Below, piece by piece: positions 18,112 through 27,663 of a stretch of 64,000 bases of DNA. A program made the translations under genes and the position numbers. Each line of letters starts with the position of its first letter. The first letter of the stretch is position 1. The notes below the pieces were generated by a model that saw nothing but the letters and a program-made list of their open reading frames with translations, was not told where the DNA came from and searched no databases. This DNA comes from an uncultured Candidatus Saccharibacteria bacterium (GTDB lineage Bacteria; Patescibacteriota; JABMPQ01; JAQVVF01): NCBI GenBank assembly GCA_964574655.1, contig CAZNOH010000001.1, forward strand, positions 137,852 to 201,851. Direction: 5' to 3'.

Positions 18112-19458
18112 ATGGAAAATTTAATGGATAAAATTGTATCGTTGGCAAAAAGAAGAGGATTTATTTTTCCGTCTTCAGAAATTTATGGCGGTTTTTCTTC
18201 TTGTTATGATTACGGTCCGATTGGAGTTGAATTAAAAAATAATATTAAGATGCAGTGGTGGAAAACTATGGTACATGATCGAGAGGATATAGTAGGTTTG
18301 GATGCCTCAATACTAATGTCACCAAAAGTTTGGTATGCATCTGGTCATTTGTCGGCTGGCTTTGCTGATCCAATGGCAGAATGCAAAAAATGCAACAAGA
18401 GATTTAGAGCTGATCATTTGAAAGAAGAAGCAATAACAAAATGTCCGGAGTGTGGTGGTGAATTGGGCGAGGTGAGAAAATTTAATCTAATGATGAAGAC
18501 TTTTGTTGGGCCATTGGAAAATGAATCAAGCATTGCTTACCTAAGAGCAGAAACTTGCCAAGGGATTTATGTTAATTTTAAAAATGTTTTGGATACCATG
18601 AGACCAAAAATTCCATTTGGTATCGCCCAGATTGGTAAGGCTTTTCGTAATGAAATTACGCCTGGAAATTTTACTTTTAGAATGCGTGAGTTTGAACAAA
18701 TGGAACAGCAGTTTTTTATTAAACCGGGAGAGAACGTAAAATATTTTGAAGAATGGAAAAAAATAAGAATGCAGTGGTATATTGATTTAGGTATAAGTCC
18801 GGAAAAGCTAAAATTTCATGAACATGCAAAAGAAGATTTAGCTCATTATGCTAAAGCTGCTTTTGATATTGAATATGATTTTCCTTTTGATAACAAAGAA
18901 TTAGAAGGCATTCATGATCGAGGGGATTGGGATCTTTCTAACCATGCAAAATCTTCTAAACAAGATCTATCTTATTTTGATACAAAAGAGAACAAAAAAT
19001 TTGTTCCAAATATAATAGAGACTTCAGCCGGTGCAGATCGAGCGGTATTGGCTTTTTTGGTTGATGCTTATTATGAAGAATCCGTTTTCGCTTCTAAAGG
19101 AGCTTCAACGGACAAAGAAAGTAAAGATAATATGAGAGTAGTGTTGAAATTTCATCCAAAAATTGCTCCAATTAAAATTGCTGTTTTGCCTTTGGCTAAA
19201 AATAAAACAGATATTACTGATTTGGCTAAGAAGATATTCAATGGTCTTAAGGCTAGATTTGTTTCAATGTATGATGAATCTGGAAGCATTGGAAAATTAT
19301 ATAGAAGGCAAGATGAAATCGGTACGCCATTTTGTGTGACAATTGATTTTGATAGCTTGGAAGATAAAAAAGTGACAATTAGAGATCGAGATACAATGGA
19401 ACAAGAAAGAGTGGAAATTGATGGATTGAAAGATTATTTTGAAAAGAAATTAGACTGA
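18112..19458 (+). CDS. glyS: Glycine--tRNA ligase (alpha2/GlyQS type)
   Basis: YLRAETCQG, FRNEITPG, REFEQME, RRQDEIGTPFC. Confidence 0.96.
   Translation: MENLMDKIVSLAKRRGFIFPSSEIYGGFSSCYDYGPIGVELKNNIKMQWWKTMVHDREDIVGLDASILMSPKVWYASGHLSAGFADPMAECKKCNKRFRADHLKEEAITKCPECGGELGEVRKFNLMMKTFVGPLENESSIAYLRAETCQGIYVNFKNVLDTMRPKIPFGIAQIGKAFRNEITPGNFTFRMREFEQMEQQFFIKPGENVKYFEEWKKIRMQWYIDLGISPEKLKFHEHAKEDLAHYAKAAFDIEYDFPFDNKELEGIHDRGDWDLSNHAKSSKQDLSYFDTKENKKFVPNIIETSAGADRAVLAFLVDAYYEESVFASKGASTDKESKDNMRVVLKFHPKIAPIKIAVLPLAKNKTDITDLAKKIFNGLKARFVSMYDESGSIGKLYRRQDEIGTPFCVTIDFDSLEDKKVTIRDRDTMEQERVEIDGLKDYFEKKLD
19081..19116 (+). repeat. Family-A element in frame in glyS (SVFASKGASTDK)
   Basis: tccgttttcgcttctaaaggagcttcaacggacaaa, 36 nt. 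Confidence 0.75.
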
Positions 19459-19477
19459 GTTAGAAAGTTTAAAGTTA

Positions 19478-19511
19478 TCCGCCTTCGTCCTGCTGGACTT
19501 TGGCGGACAGG
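19478..19511 (+). repeat. Family-A element inside an AAAGTT tandem tract
   Basis: tccgccttcgtcctgctggactttggcggacagg. Confidence 0.8.
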
Positions 19512-19533
19512 TAAAGTTTATAAAGTATCTAAG

Positions 19534-19556
19534 ACCGCTCTTGCTAGCGGTTTTTT
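19534..19556 (+). terminator. Intrinsic terminator after glyS
   Basis: accgct-cttgct-agcggt plus T run. Confidence 0.65.
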
Positions 19557-19596
19557 GTTAGACATTAATTATTATTTTTAGTATAATTTGTGTATA

Positions 19597-19630
19597 TTCG
19601 CCTACGTCCTGTGGGACTTTGGCGGACAAA
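19597..19630 (+). repeat. Family-A element
   Basis: ttcgcctacgtcctgtgggactttggcggacaaa. Confidence 0.8.
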
Positions 19631-19645
19631 GTAATTTTAAAATAT

Positions 19646-20575
19646 ATGCCAATAGGTGAAGAACCTCCTTTTGATCCAGAAGAAGGAGAACAAAGAACAT
19701 ATACTCAGCCTGGAATTGAAAAAGAAGAAGGCAGTGAAGCAAGAAGAGCACGAGAAATTTATGAAAATTTGGTAAATCGGAGGTTGGGTAAAGCAGTTGA
19801 TATTGCAGCTGTTCCAGAGGAAGCCAGGGAAAGGCTGATGACAGCTTTAAAGGAACAAGCAAGAGAGATAGCTTTTGAACAGATAAGAGGAGAAAAAGAT
19901 GAATTGACTGGACTTTGGAGAAAAGAAGGATTAGCTAGACAATTTGAAATTGAATTGGACTACATGGAAACTTATAAATCTGACGAGGTGATGGTTTTGA
20001 TTGCCGTAGACTTAGATCGTTTTAAAAGAATAAATGATACATTGGGACATGAGGGTGCAGATAAGGTATTAAAGAGTTTTGGATTGGTTATTCGTGAGGC
20101 AATTAGAAAAACTGATTTAGGAGGAAGGCCTGGTGGCGATGAATTTGTTATAGTGCTGACAAGAGTGAAAAAGACTGATATTGATAAAACTGTTAATAAT
20201 TTATTAGAGAATATTAGAAAGATTGATGTTCCTGAACTTGGAAATTTAACAGCTAGTTTGGGAGTAGCATTGATTGAAAAAGGTGAAAAGCCATACTTTG
20301 AGGATAAAAGAGAGGAAGCTGATTTTGCAACTTATGTTGCGAAAAGAAATGGACGTGATCGTTCTGTAAGATCTGATAGTAACGAAATGCAGGATGTGGA
20401 AAAAGGAGAAGACTGGTTTTTTACGATGCAAAAGGAAAAGAATGGGCGAGAAATAGAAAGATATTCCATATTTTCTGATTTGTTAGAAAAATTTATTAAT
20501 TTGCTTGCACAGCAGGCTAAATTAGATTATGAATTATATTTAGAAGAGAAAAAAATAAAAGAAAAACAAAGTTGA
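19646..20575 (+). CDS. GGDEF-domain diguanylate cyclase
   Basis: DELTGL, DLDRFKRINDTLGHEGAD, GRPGGDEF; ATG 19646 preferred because TTG 19619 lies in a repeat. Confidence 0.88.
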   Translation: MPIGEEPPFDPEEGEQRTYTQPGIEKEEGSEARRAREIYENLVNRRLGKAVDIAAVPEEARERLMTALKEQAREIAFEQIRGEKDELTGLWRKEGLARQFEIELDYMETYKSDEVMVLIAVDLDRFKRINDTLGHEGADKVLKSFGLVIREAIRKTDLGGRPGGDEFVIVLTRVKKTDIDKTVNNLLENIRKIDVPELGNLTASLGVALIEKGEKPYFEDKREEADFATYVAKRNGRDRSVRSDSNEMQDVEKGEDWFFTMQKEKNGREIERYSIFSDLLEKFINLLAQQAKLDYELYLEEKKIKEKQS

Positions 20576-20596
20576 TTTTTATTAAATTATTAAATC

Positions 20597-21862
20597 ATGT
20601 ATAAAAAAACTAGTTTGAAATCAGGTTTGCGATTTATTCATGTACCTGTAAAAGATATTGATACAGCAACCTTTTTAATTCTTTTTGGCGTAGGTTCAAA
20701 ATATGAAACTGGCAAAATAGCTGGGCTTTCTCATTTTTTAGAGCATATGTTTTTTAAGGGGACGACAAAAAGACCAGATTCGATGGCAATTTCTGAATAT
20801 CTAGACGAGGTTGGCGGAGAGTATAATGCTTTTACTTCTAAAGAATATACTGGATATTATGCCAAGGTTGCTTCAAAACATGTTGAACGAGGCGTTGATT
20901 TTGTGTCTGATATATTACTACATTCTAAATTTGATAGTACAGAGATAGAAAAAGAACGTGGCGTAATTATTGAAGAAATGAATATGTATCGTGATATGCC
21001 GACAAGTTATGCTCCAGAATTATTTGAGAAATTGTTGTATGGAAAAACACCAGCAGGAGAATTAGTTGTTGGACATCGAGAATCTATTTTAGGCGTCAAG
21101 CGCGATGATTTTGTTAATTATTTTAAAAATCATTATTTAATAAAGAATGCGGTTGTGTGCATGTCTGGAAATATTGATGAAGAAAAAAGTTTAGATTTGG
21201 CTGAAAAATATTTAGGCGAATTTGTTGATGGAGAAAGAAAAGAAAAAGAAAAAGTTGTAGAAAAGCAGAACAAGCCAGAGATTTTAGTTTTTAACAAAAA
21301 AACTGATCAGACCCATTTATGTTTAGGAGCTAGAGCTTTTGACATGTTTTCAGAAAAGCGTTATCCATTATTATTGCTATCAGTTATTTTAGGCGGTGGA
21401 ATGAGCTCTAGATTGTTCTCAGAAATTAGAGAAAAAAGAGGATTAGCTTATTATGTTCGTGCAAATTCTGAAGAATATACTGATTCTGGATATTTAGCTG
21501 TGCAAGCTGGTGTTAAAAATGAAAATGCAGATGATGCAATAAAGGTATGCATAAACGAATTCAAAAAAATCAGAGATATAAAAGTTTCTGAAAAAGAATT
21601 AAATAAAGCTAAAGAATTTATAAAAGGCAAGACTTTGATTGGCTTGGAATCTTCTGATGAAAAGGCAATGTTTTTTTCAATGCAAGAAGTTTTGAAAAAT
21701 AAGATAGAGACTGTCGAAGAAAAATTTAAAAAGATTGATGCAGTGATAGCGGATGATGTGCAGAAAATTGCACAAGAAATTTTTACAAATGAAAAATTGA
21801 ATTTATCGATTATTGGATCTATTGAAGATAAAGAAAAATATTTGAAATTGTTAAATTTATAA
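20597..21862 (+). CDS. M16 family (pitrilysin-like) zinc peptidase
   Basis: HFLEHMFFKGT, NAFTS, GGGMSSRLF..IREKRGLAY. Confidence 0.93.
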   Translation: MYKKTSLKSGLRFIHVPVKDIDTATFLILFGVGSKYETGKIAGLSHFLEHMFFKGTTKRPDSMAISEYLDEVGGEYNAFTSKEYTGYYAKVASKHVERGVDFVSDILLHSKFDSTEIEKERGVIIEEMNMYRDMPTSYAPELFEKLLYGKTPAGELVVGHRESILGVKRDDFVNYFKNHYLIKNAVVCMSGNIDEEKSLDLAEKYLGEFVDGERKEKEKVVEKQNKPEILVFNKKTDQTHLCLGARAFDMFSEKRYPLLLLSVILGGGMSSRLFSEIREKRGLAYYVRANSEEYTDSGYLAVQAGVKNENADDAIKVCINEFKKIRDIKVSEKELNKAKEFIKGKTLIGLESSDEKAMFFSMQEVLKNKIETVEEKFKKIDAVIADDVQKIAQEIFTNEKLNLSIIGSIEDKEKYLKLLNL

Positions 21863-21878
21863 TTTTTAATATAAATCT

Positions 21879-23048
21879 ATGCAAAAATTGTTAGATCGCA
21901 AAGTAGTTTTTGATGTTTCTTATGCTACTTTTTTAAGAGCAGTTTTAATTGTGTTGTTGTTAATGTTTTTGTTCGCAGTTAAAGATATCTTGTTAATAAT
22001 TTTTGTGGCTTTGATTATCGCTTCAGGCTTGGATCCTGTAATCGATTGGCTTCAGAAAAAAAGAATTCCTCGTGGCATTAGTTCTCTTTTCCTTTTTTTG
22101 ATTTTGTTTGGTTTGATTGCGTTAATTGTCTATTTATTGGTACCGCCATTGGTTGAACAAACACAGCAATTAGTTGAAGTTTTGCCAGGTTATTTTCAAA
22201 CTGTTTTTGAAAAAGTTTCTGAATTTACAGGCTATTCTCAAGAACAGAGTTTAGATAAGGCAAAGGAGATATTGACTTCATTAGAAGACAAAGTAGGAGG
22301 TGCAGCATCAAGTGTTTATGGCTGGATTTCTGGTTTGTTTGGCGGAATTTTATCAGTAGTTATGATTTTTGTCTTATCCTTTTATTTTATTGTTGAAGAA
22401 GGAAGTTTTAAAAAATTTATTAGATCAATTGTTCCTTTTCGTCATCGTCCTTATGTTGAAGATTTAGTTGGTAGAATGCAACTTCAAGTTGGTAAATGGC
22501 TAAGAGGGCAGTTGTTATTAGGTGTGATTGTTGGAGTTGTGATCTATATTGGTTTGTCATTGATGGGAGTGAAATATGCTTTAGTGTTGGCGCTTGTGGC
22601 AGGCCTTTTAGAAGTTATACCATATATCGGACCAGTGATTTCCGCTATTCCGGCAATTTTAATTGCATCTGCGCAGTCTCCTTTATTGGCTTTGTTTGTG
22701 ATAATTTTGTACTTCTTAGTTCAACAGTTAGAAAACCATATATTGGTTCCGAAAATAATGCAAAAGGTTGTTGGACTTAATCCATTAGTAATTATCTTGG
22801 TTATATTAGTTGCTGTGAAACTAGCAGGAATTTTAGGAGCAATAGTCGCTGTTCCAGCTGCTACTTTGCTTTCTGTTTTCTTACGTGATTTATTTGATGA
22901 AAGAGACAAAAAAGATGAAGAAAAATTGAAAACACAAATCTGCAAGCCAGGAGAAGTGGAATTGGCTGGAGTAAAATCAGAGCATGTTGAGGATTTACAA
23001 AAGCGTGTATGTAAAATACCGCCAGAGAAAAAAGAGATAGAAACTTAA
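21879..23048 (+). CDS. AI-2E family transporter
   Basis: Multi-TM protein with IPYIGP, QQLENHILVPKIM, GLNPL. Confidence 0.9.
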   Translation: MQKLLDRKVVFDVSYATFLRAVLIVLLLMFLFAVKDILLIIFVALIIASGLDPVIDWLQKKRIPRGISSLFLFLILFGLIALIVYLLVPPLVEQTQQLVEVLPGYFQTVFEKVSEFTGYSQEQSLDKAKEILTSLEDKVGGAASSVYGWISGLFGGILSVVMIFVLSFYFIVEEGSFKKFIRSIVPFRHRPYVEDLVGRMQLQVGKWLRGQLLLGVIVGVVIYIGLSLMGVKYALVLALVAGLLEVIPYIGPVISAIPAILIASAQSPLLALFVIILYFLVQQLENHILVPKIMQKVVGLNPLVIILVILVAVKLAGILGAIVAVPAATLLSVFLRDLFDERDKKDEEKLKTQICKPGEVELAGVKSEHVEDLQKRVCKIPPEKKEIET

Positions 23049-23052
23049 TTAT

Positions 23053-23130
23053 TGTCATTCCGAGCGAAGCGAGGAATCCCGTGGTTTTTTGTTAAATTCA
23101 TGGGATCCCTCACTGCTGTTCGGGATGACA
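23053..23130. repeat. Inverted-repeat (MITE/REP-like) element
   Basis: tgtcattccgagcgaagcgaggaatccc ... gggatccctcactgctgttcgggatgaca. Confidence 0.75.
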
Positions 23131-23139
23131 GATGAAATT

Positions 23140-23793
23140 ATGGGCATACTATATGTGGTTGGAACGCCAGTTGGAAATTTAAAAGATATAACTTTACGCG
23201 CTTTGGAGATTTTAAAGAGCGTTGATTTGATTGCTTGCGAAGATACGAGAGTGACGGCAAAATTATTAGCAAGATATGAAATCAGCAAATCTTTAATTTC
23301 TTATCATCAGTACAGTAAATTGCAAAAGATTGATTTGTTAATTAACGAATTAAAAAATGGAAAAAATGTGGCTTTAGTTTCTGATGCTGGTACGCCAACT
23401 ATTTCTGATCCTGGAGATGTTTTGGTCAATGAGGCGTATAAAAACAATATTAAAATAATTTCGATTCCTGGAGTTTCAGCTTGTATTTCGGCTATCTCAA
23501 TTTCTGGTTTTAATACTAATGAATTTGTTTTCTTGGGTTTTTTGCCAAAGAAAAAAGGACGAGAGACGATGTTAAAATCTTTACAGGAAGAGAAAAGATT
23601 GATAATATTTTATGAGTCGCCTTTTAGGATCAAGAAAACATTAAATGACATTTTAGAAAAACTTGGCGATAAAGAAGTATTTGTGGCTCGTGAATTGACA
23701 AAAATGTTTGAAGAAGTGTATCGAGGAAAAGTTTCGGAAATTATGGATAAGATTAAAGAAAAGGGTGAATTTGTAGTGATAATAAAAAATTAA
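23140..23793 (+). CDS. rsmI: 16S rRNA C1402 2'-O-methyltransferase
   Basis: LYVVGTPVGNL, ACEDTR, VSDAGTPTISDPG, YESPFR, RELTK. Confidence 0.95.
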   Translation: MGILYVVGTPVGNLKDITLRALEILKSVDLIACEDTRVTAKLLARYEISKSLISYHQYSKLQKIDLLINELKNGKNVALVSDAGTPTISDPGDVLVNEAYKNNIKIISIPGVSACISAISISGFNTNEFVFLGFLPKKKGRETMLKSLQEEKRLIIFYESPFRIKKTLNDILEKLGDKEVFVARELTKMFEEVYRGKVSEIMDKIKEKGEFVVIIKN

Positions 23794-23798
23794 TATTT

Positions 23799-25313
23799 AT
23801 GACAAAGAAATTTTATATAACAACTCCGATCTATTACGTAAATGATAAGCCGCATCTTGGTCATGCTTATACAACGATTGCAGCTGACATCTTGGCTAGA
23901 TATCATAGACTAAAAGGTGATGATGTTTTCTTTTTGACTGGAACCGATGAGCATGGTGCAAAAGTAGCAAAGTCTGCTGAAAAAGTAGGTAAAACGCCAA
24001 AACAATTTTGTGATGAAATTTCTGCTTTATATACTTCTCTTTGGGATGCGTTGAATATTTCCAATAATGATTTTATTAGGACAACTGATGAACGTCATAA
24101 AAATGGTGCGATTAAATTCATTGAAAAATTAAAAGAAGCCGATGCTATTTATGAGGGATCATATGATGGATTGTATTGCACTGGTTGCGAAAAATTTTTG
24201 ACAGAAAAGGAACTAATAGATGGCAAATGTCCTGATCATAAAATTGCTCCAGAAATAATTTCCGAAAAAAATTATTTTTTTAAGTTGGATAAATATGCTA
24301 AGAAAGTTCAAGAATTAATTGAAAAAGATAAAATTAAAATTGAGCCAGAAAATATCAAGACAGAGGTTTTGGGATTATTTAAACAAGAATTAGAAAATTT
24401 TTCTGTGTCTCGAGAAAAAGTATTATGGGGAATAAAAGTGCCGTGGGATGAAAGCCAAGTAATCTATGTGTGGGTAGATGCATTATCAAATTATATTACA
24501 GCTTTGGGATATGGAAATACTGATGACTCAAAATTTAAAAAATATTGGCCAGCTGATCTGCATCTAATGGGAAAAGATATTATAAAATTTCATGCAATTT
24601 ATTGGCCGGCAATGCTGTTAGCAGCAAAGCTTGCAGTTCCTAAGCATATTTTTGCAAATGGTTATTTTACAGTTAATAATCAGAAAATGAGTAAAACAAT
24701 TGGCAATGTGATTGATCCGAATGATTTAGTTAAAAAATATGGATCTGATGCTGCAAGGTACTTAATTATTTCTCAATTTCCTTTTGGACAAGATGGTGAT
24801 GTAAAAGCAGAAAAATTTGATGAACAATTTAATGCTAATTTAGCAAATGGTTTAGGAAATTTGGTGAGCAGGGTGACAGCAATGTATTTAAAGTTGAATT
24901 TGAAAAAATGTAAAGGTAAGATATTAGAAAGTAAAGAAGCAGTCAGATTGGTCAATAATGCTTGGAAGAATTATGAAAAGTTTATGGAAGAAAACAAAGT
25001 TGACCAAAGTTTGAAAACAACTTTTAGTTTAGTAAAATTTGCTAATGAATATATATCAGTTGAAAAACCATGGGAATTGTTTGGAAAAGATGATGAAAAA
25101 TGCGCTTTGGTATTGTGCAACTTAATTGAAATAATCAGGCATATTGCTTGGATGATTTATCCTTTTTTGCCAGAGACAGCAGAAAATATTTTGACGCAAT
25201 TTTCTCTTTGGGAAGAAGAAAGCAAGTTAGAATATATTAAATTAAAAAAATGGAAGCGTTTTGATTTAGATTTGCAGGTTAAAAAGGGTCAGGCTTTGTT
25301 TCCACGCATTTAA
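23799..25313 (+). CDS. metG: Methionine--tRNA ligase (short form)
   Basis: YITTPIYYVN..PHLGH, GTDEHG, KMSKT. Confidence 0.96.
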   Translation: MTKKFYITTPIYYVNDKPHLGHAYTTIAADILARYHRLKGDDVFFLTGTDEHGAKVAKSAEKVGKTPKQFCDEISALYTSLWDALNISNNDFIRTTDERHKNGAIKFIEKLKEADAIYEGSYDGLYCTGCEKFLTEKELIDGKCPDHKIAPEIISEKNYFFKLDKYAKKVQELIEKDKIKIEPENIKTEVLGLFKQELENFSVSREKVLWGIKVPWDESQVIYVWVDALSNYITALGYGNTDDSKFKKYWPADLHLMGKDIIKFHAIYWPAMLLAAKLAVPKHIFANGYFTVNNQKMSKTIGNVIDPNDLVKKYGSDAARYLIISQFPFGQDGDVKAEKFDEQFNANLANGLGNLVSRVTAMYLKLNLKKCKGKILESKEAVRLVNNAWKNYEKFMEENKVDQSLKTTFSLVKFANEYISVEKPWELFGKDDEKCALVLCNLIEIIRHIAWMIYPFLPETAENILTQFSLWEEESKLEYIKLKKWKRFDLDLQVKKGQALFPRI

Positions 25314-25413
25314 TTTCTCTAATGCTATTTCGAATACGACTAATAAAATCTCTAATACAGTATTAGAGACAGAATTAGAGAAAAGTTTATTAGAATTTAA
25401 TTAAAAAAATAAT

Positions 25414-25758
25414 ATGATAGAAAGATATGAATTTGGTCTAATGTTAATTGATGGAAAAGAATACAAATCAGATATTGTTATTAAGCCTGGTGAGATTTTG
25501 GCAAAAGAATGGTTTCGGGAAGAAGGCCATGAATTGAGAGTTATTGATGTAAAAGATTATATTAACGAAGAAGATAAATTTGTTGTTGTTGGAACTGGCG
25601 ATGGTGGAGAGATGCAAGTCCCAGATGCAACAAAAGAATTTTTCAAAGACAATAATTTAGAAGTCTTTATTGGCGATACAACAAAAGCAGTTGAGGAATA
25701 TAATCGTCTTGAAAAAGAAGGAAGAGGTGTTGTTGGATTTTTTCATATAACTTGCTAA
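25414..25758 (+). CDS. Mth938-like domain protein
   Basis: IERYEFG...IDGKEY.SD, VVVGTG, T..AVEEYN, FHITC C-terminus. Confidence 0.85.
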   Translation: MIERYEFGLMLIDGKEYKSDIVIKPGEILAKEWFREEGHELRVIDVKDYINEEDKFVVVGTGDGGEMQVPDATKEFFKDNNLEVFIGDTTKAVEEYNRLEKEGRGVVGFFHITC

Positions 25759-25773
25759 ATAAAATAAAATTTT

Positions 25774-26091
25774 ATGAATATAGAAAATAAAGAAAGGCGT
25801 CCTATTTTTGAAGTTGATGGTTATCCGGTATTTGACTCTCAGATTATTGAAAGTGAAAATTCAGTAACTTGTTCATTTCTTTTACAAATGAGTGAGCTAC
25901 CTACTCCTGAAAAAATTTCCTTTCGTAAATTAATGGAAAATAGTGGTGGTTCGGAAATATTGAAAAAGAAAAAATGGATGAATGAACAAAATAAACTTTT
26001 GATAAAGATAAAATTGAGACGAGAATGCTTGAAAGAAGGTCCAGATTTATATAGATTAAAATTCACATATTTGCATGAGGTTACTAATTAG
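25774..26091 (+). CDS. Hypothetical protein
   Basis: 105-aa ORF filling the operon gap on the same strand. Confidence 0.55.
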   Translation: MNIENKERRPIFEVDGYPVFDSQIIESENSVTCSFLLQMSELPTPEKISFRKLMENSGGSEILKKKKWMNEQNKLLIKIKLRRECLKEGPDLYRLKFTYLHEVTN

Positions 26092-26098
26092 GCAAATT

Positions 26099-26413
26099 AT
26101 GAAGAAAAAAATTATTGTTGTTGGTTGTTTGTTGTTTTGTGCCATGATTTTGAGTGGTTGTGCAGTGAAGAATATGACTTGTGGGTTGAAAGACGCAAAT
26201 ACAAATTTGTCTTATGCTGATGCTTTGAAAATTGCTAAGGCTAGCGATTGTTTAAAAGAAGGATTGACGACAAAAATTTCTTGCAATGAAAATACAGGAA
26301 CTTGGTGGATTGATTTGAAGACAAAAAAAGAAGGATGCAGTCCAGCTTGCGTGATTGATGTAAAAAATAAAACAGCCGAAGTTAATTGGCGATGTACTGG
26401 TTTAAAGAATTAA
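26099..26413 (+). CDS. Cys-rich lipoprotein
   Basis: MKKKII..LSGC lipobox; CNENTGTWWIDL...GCSPACV...EVNWRCTGL. Confidence 0.75.
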   Translation: MKKKIIVVGCLLFCAMILSGCAVKNMTCGLKDANTNLSYADALKIAKASDCLKEGLTTKISCNENTGTWWIDLKTKKEGCSPACVIDVKNKTAEVNWRCTGLKN

Positions 26414-26417
26414 TAAG

Positions 26418-26446
26418 GTAGAGACGTAGCAATGCTACGTCTCTAC
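26418..26446. repeat. GTAG-type REP palindrome
   Basis: gtagagacgtagca-a-tgctacgtctctac, perfect arms. Confidence 0.8.
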
Positions 26447-26460
26447 AGAAATTAAAAAAT

Positions 26461-27228
26461 ATGATCGATACTCATGCGCATTTGGAATCTAGAGATTACG
26501 ATATAGATAGAGAGGCTGTTATAAAGAGATCATTTGATAACGGAGTTGAAAAAATTATTAATATTGGAACAAGTTTGCGAGGATCGTATGAATCGATTGA
26601 TTTAGCTGATTCTTATAAAAACATTTTTGCAAGTGTTGGAATTTTTCCAGAAGAACAAAATAAAATTGATAATGATTTTAAGAAAAAATTTGAAGAATTG
26701 GCTAAAATGAAGAAAGTTGTGGCAATCGGCGAATGTGGATTGGATTATGTAATTTTCAAAAAAGAAGAAACTTTTGAACACCAGAAAGAATTGTTTAAAT
26801 TCCAGCTAGGAATTGCGCAAAAATTAAATTTGCCAGTTATTATCCATGGTCGTGATTCTTATGCTGACATTTTTGAAATTGTGAAATTTGTGAAGTTTGG
26901 AGAAAGACCAGGAGTTGTTCATTGCTATCTTGAAAATTGGGAGATAGCGCAAAATTTTTTGGATTTAGGATTTAATATCTCATTTACTGGCGCGATTACG
27001 TATAAACATAAAGACGAAGTTTTAGAAGTGATCAAAAAAATGCCATTAGATAAAATGATGGTTGAGACTGATTGTCCTTATCTTACACCTCAAGTTTTTC
27101 GAGGACAGAGAAATGAGCCGATGTATGTGAAGTATGTTTTAGAAAAGATAGCCGAGATAAGAAACTTGAGTTTTGAAGAAGTAGAAAAAGCAACCAACAA
27201 GAATGCAACTAAATTATTTAAAATTTAA
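26461..27228 (+). CDS. tatD: TatD family nuclease
   Basis: IDTHAHL, AIGECGLDY, PVIIH.R, ETDCPYL. Confidence 0.93.
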   Translation: MIDTHAHLESRDYDIDREAVIKRSFDNGVEKIINIGTSLRGSYESIDLADSYKNIFASVGIFPEEQNKIDNDFKKKFEELAKMKKVVAIGECGLDYVIFKKEETFEHQKELFKFQLGIAQKLNLPVIIHGRDSYADIFEIVKFVKFGERPGVVHCYLENWEIAQNFLDLGFNISFTGAITYKHKDEVLEVIKKMPLDKMMVETDCPYLTPQVFRGQRNEPMYVKYVLEKIAEIRNLSFEEVEKATNKNATKLFKI

Positions 27229-27242
27229 TTTGTTATAAAAAT

Positions 27243-27455
27243 ATGTCAGTAGAAAAAATTAATATTTTTGGCGATGATGAGGAAAGAGAGACCAATGTTT
27301 CTGATCAAAATGAAGATCAACAAGAAGGACCTCAAAATGGTCCAGAACCGGAATTGGAAATAGTTCCAAGTAAAAAGAAAGAGCCGAAATTGCCGCCATC
27401 AATGAGAATTATTCCAGAGAAGCCTAAAGAGAAAAAGCCAGAAAAACCGAACTAA
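27243..27455 (+). CDS. Small low-complexity hypothetical protein
   Basis: 70 aa, acidic then Pro/Lys-rich, same strand as neighbours. Confidence 0.5.
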   Translation: MSVEKINIFGDDEERETNVSDQNEDQQEGPQNGPEPELEIVPSKKKEPKLPPSMRIIPEKPKEKKPEKPN

Positions 27456-27509
27456 GCTAATTATAAATAACTAAATAACAAAATAACTAAATTTCGTTGA
27501 CTTTATATT

Positions 27510-27644
27510 ATGAAATACGATTTTAAGAAAATTGAACGTAAGTGGCCCCAAACAAATTTTATTATAGTTGCTGTTTGTGGCATTGGATTTAGTCTTGAAT
27601 AAATTTTGTTTTATTTTTCTGATTACAGAGAATTTGTTCGGGGC
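27510..27644 (+). repeat. Duplicated leuS 5' end (12 codons) followed by an inverted-repeat-bounded insert
   Basis: 27510-27545 encodes MKYDFKKIERKW as does 27664-27699; IR arms gccccaaacaaatt (27545-27558) and aatttgttcggggc (27631-27644). Confidence 0.85.
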
Positions 27645-27663
27645 AGGCAATTAGTTTTATTAT